DNA of 64,000 bases. Origin: an uncultured Verrucomicrobiota bacterium. Lineage in GTDB: Bacteria > Verrucomicrobiota > Verrucomicrobiia > Limisphaerales > UBA9464. The stretch lies in contig CAIRNV010000437.1 in assembly GCA_903880005.1 (NCBI GenBank), forward strand, positions 5,341-69,340, written 5' to 3'. The position numbers and the translations under genes are program-made. This document shows positions 56,747 to 64,000 of this stretch, in pieces; position 1 is the stretch's first letter; the number at the start of each line of letters is the position of its first letter. The notes beneath the pieces were generated by a model that saw only the letters and a list, made by a program, of their open reading frames with translations, did no database searches and was not told the origin of the DNA.

Positions 56747-58135
56747 CTAGTACTCGCGCTTGCGGGTGATGCCGGGCATGGGGACGGGATACTTGCCATC
56801 GGCGTTGGCTTGCAGCGGTGCCGGCGATTCGAGGGTGATCTTGTCGAGGCCGGGGGCGAACTCGTGGTCGGAGTTGAGGATGTCGTCGTAGGTGACGATC
56901 TGGCCGGTGTGGGCGGCCATGCGTCCCATGGAGGTGACGAGGGAGGCCTTCACGCCGCGCTCGACCTCGTTGTAGGGGGTGTTGTTGCGGATGGCGGAGA
57001 CGAGGTCCTCCCACTCGAGCACGTAGGGATCCATCGTGGGGCCTTCCATTTCCTTGGTGGCACGCCACGTGATGTTGGCATTGGACATCTTTTGGCCGCT
57101 GTAGATGCGGGCCTTGGAAGGCCAGTGGCCCTCCGAGGAGATGACGGCGAGACCCTTCGCGCCATGGGCGTAGGAGGCAAACTGATCGTGCACGCCCGGC
57201 ATGGTGCGGCCGTAGAAGAAGAACTTGGCGCCGTCGGCGAAGGTGTACTCGACGGAGTAGTTGTCGAAGTTCTGGTCCACGTTGTTGCCGCGATAGTGGC
57301 GTCCGCCGGAGGCCTGCGCCTCGACCGGCCAGGCGTTCTTCATCCAGCAGGTCTCGTCGATGTTGTGGATGTAGAAGTCCGAGAAGCAGCCGCCGGAGGC
57401 CCACAGGAACGAGTGGAAGCGGCGGATCTGGTAGAGCGTCTCGTTTTCGTCCGGCTTGCGGGCCTCGGAGAAGGCGGAGCCGACGGGGCCGTGCATTCGG
57501 TAGGCGCGCATGGCGACCACGTCGCCGATCTGCCCGTCCTGGATGCGCTTGTACAGGTCCTGGCGCATTCGGCAATGACGGCACATCAAGCCGACGCCCA
57601 CCTTGAGGTTCTTGGCATCCGCCTGCTTGGCGAGGTCGAACATGCGGCGCGAGGTGGGGCCATCAACGGTGACCGGCTTCTCCATGAAGACGTTGAGTCC
57701 CTTCTGGATGGCGTAGCTGAACTGCACCCAACGGAACGCTGGCGGCGTCGCCAAGATGACGATGTCACCCGGCTTCAACGCATCCATCGCCTGCTTGTAG
57801 GCGTCGAACCCGATGAACTTCTTGTCGTCGGTGACGGCAACCTTGTCCGCGTGCTGTCCCTTCAGGCCCTCGTAGGAGGACTTCAGGCGGTTGTCGAAGA
57901 CGTCGGCCATGGAGACGAGCTTCACGGGCCCGCCGTTCTTCATGCTCATGGCGTTGTTGGCCGCGCCCGTGCCGCGCCCGCCCGCGCCGACCAGCGCGAT
58001 GTTGATCGTGTTGCTTTCGGCCCCGTGCACGTGGGGGATCGCAACGCCGGCCAAGGCGGATGCGGCGGCGATTTTTCCGGTCGTGCGAAGGAAGTCGCGA
58101 CGGTTCGGCAAAGGAACTGCGGGGGATTCGTTCAT
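56747..58135 (-). CDS. Gfo/Idh/MocA family oxidoreductase, Tat-exported
   Basis: NRRDFLRTTGKIAAASALAG Tat signal, Rossmann INIALVGAGGRGTGAA, and EKPVTVD. The ATG at 58135 is in frame with ORF 56747..58402. Confidence 0.88.
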   Translation of the reverse strand: MNESPAVPLPNRRDFLRTTGKIAAASALAGVAIPHVHGAESNTINIALVGAGGRGTGAANNAMSMKNGGPVKLVSMADVFDNRLKSSYEGLKGQHADKVAVTDDKKFIGFDAYKQAMDALKPGDIVILATPPAFRWVQFSYAIQKGLNVFMEKPVTVDGPTSRRMFDLAKQADAKNLKVGVGLMCRHCRMRQDLYKRIQDGQIGDVVAMRAYRMHGPVGSAFSEARKPDENETLYQIRRFHSFLWASGGCFSDFYIHNIDETCWMKNAWPVEAQASGGRHYRGNNVDQNFDNYSVEYTFADGAKFFFYGRTMPGVHDQFASYAHGAKGLAVISSEGHWPSKARIYSGQKMSNANITWRATKEMEGPTMDPYVLEWEDLVSAIRNNTPYNEVERGVKASLVTSMGRMAAHTGQIVTYDDILNSDHEFAPGLDKITLESPAPLQANADGKYPVPMPGITRKREY

Positions 58136-58202
58136 GGGGAAAAATTCCCGCCGACCCGGGGTTGGTGTCAATCCAAGAACTGGAATCCGCGCGTTCATGC
58201 GT

Positions 58203-58335
58203 GCATCCCGAAGTTGTTGGCGGGATCTGGGATGGGCAGCGGAGTTCTGACCGGTCCCGCAGGGCGGGAGCATGGAGTGGCGGTCGGGGACGGCCGCGCT
58301 CCCAGGGTTGAGCGCACACGACGCCTTCGGGATGC
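58203..58335. repeat. family-B structured repeat (B2)
   Basis: Perfect 11-nt inverted repeats gcatcccgaag and cttcgggatgc at the ends. Aligns with B1 at roughly 115 of about 131 positions by eye, including an identical 29-nt start and ggggacggccgcgctcccagggttgagcgcacacgacg. Confidence 0.75.
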
Positions 58336-58422
58336 GTCGTTCCCGGGCGTGGATGAAGGTTTGACTCCCGGAATCGGGCGGCATTTGATGTGGGGCGTCC
58401 ACTTTAATCCCGCGAGGTTCCT

Positions 58423-59325
58423 ATGCGCATGTCTTCACTTCACGTCCGTCCCAAGGCGGGCTTCACGTTGATTGAGTTGCTGGTGGTGATCGCCATCATT
58501 GCGATCTTGGCCGGCATGCTGTTGCCGGCACTGGGCAAGGCCAAGACCAAGGCCCAGGGCATCTTCTGCATGAACAACGGCAACCAGATGATCAAGTCCA
58601 TGCAGTTGTACGCCGGCGACTACAACGACCTGCTGCCGCCGAATCCTGACGATGGCAACACGACCCCCGGAGCCAACTGGTGCCCGGGCCAGGCCGGGCA
58701 GGGCGGGGCACAGGAGTTCAATCCGGACATCCTGAAGGATCGCCGTCTATCCCTCCTCGCCCCTTACCTGGGTTACTCCGAGAAGCCGTTCAAGTGCCCG
58801 GCCGACCGGCGCGTGGGCCGCTATTCCGGCACCAATGCGGCGCTGCGCGGCATCAAGATTCCCGCGGCCCGCACCTTCTCGATGTCCCAGGCCGTCGGGA
58901 CCAACCCCTACAAGGCCGGCAGCCGCACGCCCGTGGATGGTCCTTGGCTCGACGGTTCCCACGGCCACACCGCCAACTCCCGCTGGTACTGCTACGGCAA
59001 GCTCGCCGACTTTGTGGCCCCCGGGCCTTCCAGCACGTTCGTCCTCATCGACGAGGATCATCGGTCCCTCAATGACGCCGGCTTCGCCGTCATGGGGCCG
59101 CCGCCCCTCGGCAGGACTTGGGATTCCTACACCGAGCAGATGATCGACTGGCCGGGCTACTACCACAACATGGCCTGCGGCTTCGCCTTTGCCGACGGGC
59201 ACTCCGAGATCAAGAAGTGGACCGACGCCCGCACCATGGTGGGCATCAACGTGTCCCGTCAGCCCCAGAAGGGGAACAAGGACATTCGTTGGATGTCGGA
59301 GCGGACGTCGGCCCCCACCCGGTAA
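58423..59325 (+). CDS. prepilin-type N-terminal cleavage/methylation domain protein, H-X9-DG family
   Basis: [27 protein letters not shown], and near the C-terminus [13 protein letters not shown] (H-X9-DG-type motif). Confidence 0.88.
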   Translation: MRMSSLHVRPKAGFTLIELLVVIAIIAILAGMLLPALGKAKTKAQGIFCMNNGNQMIKSMQLYAGDYNDLLPPNPDDGNTTPGANWCPGQAGQGGAQEFNPDILKDRRLSLLAPYLGYSEKPFKCPADRRVGRYSGTNAALRGIKIPAARTFSMSQAVGTNPYKAGSRTPVDGPWLDGSHGHTANSRWYCYGKLADFVAPGPSSTFVLIDEDHRSLNDAGFAVMGPPPLGRTWDSYTEQMIDWPGYYHNMACGFAFADGHSEIKKWTDARTMVGINVSRQPQKGNKDIRWMSERTSAPTR

Positions 59326-59337
59326 CCTGTGCTGGCC

Positions 59338-59400
59338 GGCCCCGGTTTCCCCGGGGCCTTGTCTCGGCCGTCCGGCCATCGCCGGACGGCCGTTTCCTTT
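59338..59400 (+). terminator. tandem hairpins; the second has a T-rich tail (intrinsic terminator after the H-X9-DG gene)
   Basis: ggccccgg/ccggggcc (8-bp stem), then cggccgtccgg/ccggacggccg (perfect 11-bp stem, 6-nt loop) followed by tttccttt. Confidence 0.65.
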
Positions 59401-59403
59401 CCC

Positions 59404-60384
59404 ATGCCTGTTCACGTTCGTGCCAGCCTTGTCCTGGTCTTCGCCTGCGCCTGCTGGGCCTTCAGCTTTCCCACGATGAAGGCCTTGGCCCAGGTGGGCC
59501 TGGCTCATCAGGCCGGTGCGTCGTCGCTCTTCCTCTCCTTCCTGTGTGTTGCCATCCGCTTCACGGCGGCGGGGGTGCTGCTGGGGCTTTCCTGCTTGGC
59601 GTCGCGCCCCGTCTTCACGCGCCTGGAATGGGAGCAAGGGCTGGGCATCGGCGTGATGGGCGGCATCGGGTTGGTCCTCCAGATGGATGGCATGTCCTAC
59701 ACGCTGGCCTCGACGTCGGCGTTCCTGACGCAGGCCTACTGCGTCATCATCCCGCTGTGGGTCAGCCTGCTGCATCGCACGCTTCCGGTGCCGCGTGTCG
59801 TCGGGGCCTGCCTGCTCACGCTGGTGGGGGCCGCCGTGTTGGCCGGGCTGGGAACGGAGGGATTTCGCTTTGGGCGGGGCGAATGGGAGACCCTCGCCGG
59901 CAGCCTGAGCTTCACCGGGCAAATCCTGTGGCTGGAGCGCCCGCGCTATCGCGTTAACCGCGCCCGGCATTCCACGGTGATCATGTTCCTGGTCATGGCG
60001 GCCACGGCGTGGCCGTTCGCCCTCTGGTTGGTCCCCTCCGGCGGTTCCCTTTTCCTCGCCTACTCGAACACGGCGGCGCTCGGTCTTTTCGCCATTCTCG
60101 TCGGGCTTTGCACCCTCGTGACCTTTCCGCTGGCCGTGCTGTGGCAGCCCAGGGTTTCCGCCACCCAGGCCGGGCTCTTGTATTGCACGGAGCCGATTTT
60201 CACGTCGGCCGTCGCCTTGTTCGTGCCCGGATGGCTTTCCCGGTTCGCGTCCATTGACTACGCCAACGAGACCCTGACCCGGAATCTCATGGTGGGAGGG
60301 CTGCTCATCCTTGCGGCCAACGCCTGGTTGGTCCTGCGGCCGCTTCCGACAGCCGAGGAACCGCCTGCCCCCCAGTCGTCCTAG
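59404..60384 (+). CDS. DMT superfamily (EamA-like) transporter
   Basis: About ten TM helices in two halves. The ATG at 59404 is in frame with ORF 59329..60384 and lies directly after a terminator. Confidence 0.75.
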   Translation: MPVHVRASLVLVFACACWAFSFPTMKALAQVGLAHQAGASSLFLSFLCVAIRFTAAGVLLGLSCLASRPVFTRLEWEQGLGIGVMGGIGLVLQMDGMSYTLASTSAFLTQAYCVIIPLWVSLLHRTLPVPRVVGACLLTLVGAAVLAGLGTEGFRFGRGEWETLAGSLSFTGQILWLERPRYRVNRARHSTVIMFLVMAATAWPFALWLVPSGGSLFLAYSNTAALGLFAILVGLCTLVTFPLAVLWQPRVSATQAGLLYCTEPIFTSAVALFVPGWLSRFASIDYANETLTRNLMVGGLLILAANAWLVLRPLPTAEEPPAPQSS

Positions 60385-60386
60385 CC

Positions 60387-60794
60387 ATGCCGATCTACTG
60401 GGAATGCGATCGTTGCACGGCGTGCTGTCGCTGGCCGGGGGACGTGCGGATGGAGGCCGGCGAGGCCGAGCGCATGGCGGCGCACCTTGGCCTGGAGTTG
60501 GACGAATTCATCCGGCGTTTCACGCGCCTGAACCGCCAGCGCTCCGGGCTTTCCCTGGATGAGAAGCCGGATGGTTCCTGCGTGTTCCTGGACGGTGACG
60601 ACTGCCGGGTCCAACCGGTGAAGCCCCGCCAATGCCGGGGCTTTCCCAACCTCTGGAACTTCCCTGGGTTCGACCAGGTGTGCCGTGCCAAGCCCCGCGA
60701 CGTGAGCGCGGACGAATGGAGGCGGCGAATCGAGCGTGACTCCGGGGTGAACCAGCCCGCGGGCGGTGACTCGTGCGCGGATCGTCCCGGCTAA
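60387..60794 (+). CDS. YkgJ-family (CxxCxxCC) cysteine-cluster protein
   Basis: WECDRCTACCRWPG at the N-terminus, plus GSCVFLDGDDCRV and RQCRGFP. Confidence 0.8.
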   Translation: MPIYWECDRCTACCRWPGDVRMEAGEAERMAAHLGLELDEFIRRFTRLNRQRSGLSLDEKPDGSCVFLDGDDCRVQPVKPRQCRGFPNLWNFPGFDQVCRAKPRDVSADEWRRRIERDSGVNQPAGGDSCADRPG

Positions 60795-61351
60795 ACGGTG
60801 AGGATTTCCTTCTCCTTGTGGACGACGTGCGCGTCGATCTTGGAGATGTATTGGTCCGTCAGCTTCTGGACCTCCTGCTCGCCGCCCTTGATGTCGTCCT
60901 CGGAAACCCCGCCGGAGCCCTTGAGCTTCTTGAGGGCCTCGATGGCCATGCGGCGCTCGTTGCGGACGGCGACGCGGCCGTCCTCGGCCATGCGCTTGAC
61001 GATCTTGACGAACTCCTGGCGGCGCTCGTTGGAGAGCTCGGGGAGGATGACGCGGATGAAGCGGCCCTGGACGGCGGGGTTGAGGCCGAGGCCGGCCTGT
61101 TGGATGCCCTTCTCGATGGCCTTGACGTTGGACTGGTCGAAGGGCTGGACCATGAGCATGCGGGGCTCGGGGACGGAGATGGTGGCCAGCTCCTTCAGGC
61201 GCATGTGCGAGCCGTAGGCCTCGACCATGATGTTCTCGAGGAGGGAGGGCGACGCCTTGCCGGTTCGCACGCCGCCGAACTCATGCACCACGTGCTCCTC
61301 GGTCTTGAGCATCTTTTCCTCGGCATCCAGAAGGATTTCGTCGATCGACAT
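60791..61351 (-). CDS. frr: ribosome recycling factor
   Basis: EEKMLKTEEHVVHEFGGVRTGKASPSLLENIMVEAYG...LMVQPFD and VRNERR. The 3' end overlaps the convergent ykgJ-like gene by 4 nt. Confidence 0.93.
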   Translation of the reverse strand: MSIDEILLDAEEKMLKTEEHVVHEFGGVRTGKASPSLLENIMVEAYGSHMRLKELATISVPEPRMLMVQPFDQSNVKAIEKGIQQAGLGLNPAVQGRFIRVILPELSNERRQEFVKIVKRMAEDGRVAVRNERRMAIEALKKLKGSGGVSEDDIKGGEQEVQKLTDQYISKIDAHVVHKEKEILTV

Positions 61352-61413
61352 GAAACGGGGCTTTCTTGGGCAGGTTTTGAAGTGCGCGAAGGGAGGAAGG
61401 GGCGGGAAGGGTC

Positions 61414-62151
<738 letters not shown>

Positions 62152-62263
62152 CCGGGGGAGTTGATACCAGCCGGGAACGCGGGGAGTCAACGCGGGCCCC
62201 TGCCTGCGACGGTCGGGGTGCCTGCATTCATGCCTTCATTTGGGCGCGTGGCGGGCGGTGGGG

Positions 62264-64000
62264 TCACGGCTCCGGGATCCGCTTGGCGAGGGCGGCGAGG
62301 CGGTCCGACACGAGTGCTTCCATGCGCGCGGCGCGAAGCCTTGCGAGAGCCCGTCGGGCTGCGGCCCAGTCCTGCGCCGTGACATGCACTTCGAGCCACG
62401 CGAACCCGAGGAGGCTTCGGAGCTGCGGATGGATGCTGGGCTCCGGCATGGATTGGAGGATGCCCCTCGCTTCGTCCGCCGAGTCGCCCCGGGCCAAGGC
62501 CACGGCGCGTTGCAACCGCCATTCGGCGAGGGCTGGGGCCCTCCTCATCAAGTCGGCGCTGAGGAACAACGCCTCGGAGTTGCCTTCCTGGGAAAGCAAC
62601 AGCGCGCGAACCACGGAGGACAACGCGTCGGCGGAGCGTGGGGCCAAGCGGAGGGCCAACCGCGCGGATCGCATCATGTCGGGAACCTGGCGTGCACGTC
62701 CTGCCGCCTCGGCGCGGATGCGCCAATACGAGTCCTGTTCCCCAAGGTTCGTCTCAAGCATCCGGGCCATGACCCATGCCTGCCTCATGCAAGCCTTGTC
62801 CAGGCGACCCTCTCCCTGCCGCAGGACCTCGGACACGAAGCGGAGCATCCACTCGGGTTGGTTGATCGTCCTCGTTGCCATGGCGTCGAAGGCGTCCTTG
62901 GCGGCGGCCGCCTTCCCAAGGCCCGTGGCGGAGCAGCCCTGGAGGAAAAAGGACAGGGCGTCCAGTCGCCCCGACGTGGAGGGTTGGGCACGCAGGCCCA
63001 TGGCGTGGCTCATGCATCGCTCCCAATCACCCGCCAACAACACGGGCAGGCAGCCCACGATCGGTCGCCTCATGTCGTCGGCCGCGCCCTTCCAGGCCGC
63101 ATCCAGGAGACGCTCTGCCTGGGCAAAGAAGCCGAGTTGAACCAACCGGGCAACGGCCGTGGCGGCCTCCTCCTCCTCCGCCTTGCCCGGCCGAAGGCCC
63201 TGGAGGAATTGCGCGGCGGCGGCCCGGTCGCCTGCGTTGGCGAGCAACTCCACTTGGTTGATCGCATGCTCCAACCTTGGGGGACCCATGCTGGAGAGGC
63301 GGTTCAGCAGGCCCTTGTGGCCCGCCACGTCGCCCGTCATGAAGGCCAACCATAGCGACGCCTCCCATGCCGAAGGCTGAAGCTCAGGTCCCTCCAGCAT
63401 CAGGGCTAGTTCAGACCTGGCCCGCTGCGCGGTGCGTGCGTCACGCATGACAGCCTCGGCGGCGAGGCACCAGGGCTTCGTCCGGGCGTCGTGCAACCAT
63501 TCCCGTCCCAGCGACCCCCACGTCTCGTGAAAGGCCGGGGCGTCGCCCAGCGCCAGCCTTGCCTGCGACATCCACCCTGGCACGGGCCCGTTCGTCTCGG
63601 CGCTCACCCACGGCGAGATGTCCAGCACCCGTTGCCACGCGAAACGACCGGCATGCATTCGCATCACCCGGCGGACGTCCTCCCGGTTGGTTCCCCCCAA
63701 CATCAGCAGGCGACTCGCCAGCCACTCGGGGGCCCGGACCCGATCCAGCAACGCGCCGCCCAACTGGTCATCGTGGTCGAACAGCTCCCGGCATGACGCC
63801 GCGTCGAGTTCCCTGGTTCGAAGCAGTTGCTGCCACCCGGCCGCCGCGCCCGCGACGTCGCGGGCCTGGAGCATGCGTCGGACCTCCGCCATGTCGCGCC
63901 CGCGAAGGAACCTTTCGGCAAGGCTGCTTCGCGCCCCGTCGCTTCCGGCCTGGGGCCGCAAGACGACGGCCGCCGCCAGCAACATCAAGGCGCACAGGAT
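62264..64000 (-). CDS. large helical-repeat (TPR-like) protein, hypothetical; 5' end probably off-window
   Basis: 574+ aa, Ala/Leu/Arg-rich and repeat-like. The reading frame stays open to the window edge (..ILCALMLLAAAVV looks like a signal/TM segment). Confidence 0.55.
   Translation of the reverse strand: MLCALMLLAAAVVLRPQAGSDGARSSLAERFLRGRDMAEVRRMLQARDVAGAAAGWQQLLRTRELDAASCRELFDHDDQLGGALLDRVRAPEWLASRLLMLGGTNREDVRRVMRMHAGRFAWQRVLDISPWVSAETNGPVPGWMSQARLALGDAPAFHETWGSLGREWLHDARTKPWCLAAEAVMRDARTAQRARSELALMLEGPELQPSAWEASLWLAFMTGDVAGHKGLLNRLSSMGPPRLEHAINQVELLANAGDRAAAAQFLQGLRPGKAEEEEAATAVARLVQLGFFAQAERLLDAAWKGAADDMRRPIVGCLPVLLAGDWERCMSHAMGLRAQPSTSGRLDALSFFLQGCSATGLGKAAAAKDAFDAMATRTINQPEWMLRFVSEVLRQGEGRLDKACMRQAWVMARMLETNLGEQDSYWRIRAEAAGRARQVPDMMRSARLALRLAPRSADALSSVVRALLLSQEGNSEALFLSADLMRRAPALAEWRLQRAVALARGDSADEARGILQSMPEPSIHPQLRSLLGFAWLEVHVTAQDWAAARRALARLRAARMEALVSDRLAALAKRIPEP

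Overview
High-GC (about two thirds G+C by eye), densely coding bacterial chromosome segment with about 61 protein genes. I found no rRNA, tRNA, CRISPR array, transposase, integrase or recognisable defence gene. The gene content points to the PVC superphylum, most likely Verrucomicrobiota: PSCyt/DUF1549/DUF1553 + DUF1501 pair, PVC-type heme-binding giant protein, H-X9-DG pilin-like protein, ThuA, DUF1080, and Tat-exported Gfo/Idh/MocA and intradiol-dioxygenase-like proteins. In order, the window holds: a cbb3 oxidase locus with a fused ccoNO; degP; a sugar-acid cluster (UxaE, L-galactose-dehydrogenase-like AKR, LgoD-like dehydrogenase, MFS); hisH/cupin/PEP-hydrolase-like; nth; fba; a roughly 1450-aa GH13+GDE_C glycogen debranching enzyme; a long minus-strand array (ECF sigma, anti-sigma, secreted protein, orphan RelE-like protein, PhoBR-like pair, psd, pssA, lysE); hisB, tsaC, yicC, gmk, coaC; a sigma54 two-component pair chained by stop/start overlaps to a squalene-synthase-family gene and a YdjC/HpnK-like gene; eda-kdgK; a polysaccharide export locus (beta-barrel, BY-kinase, short OPX, degenerate FHA protein); and frr-pyrH. 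This is mostly ordinary core genome, and I do not see a clear new multi-gene system. The observations most worth following up are two structured intergenic repeat families (four and two copies), the candidate L-galactose route through UxaE, the eukaryote-type debranching enzyme, the sigma54-coupled isoprenoid genes, the orphan RelE-like gene and the export locus architecture. All calls come from reading the ORF translations and the DNA by eye. No searches were run, and start codons were chosen manually.
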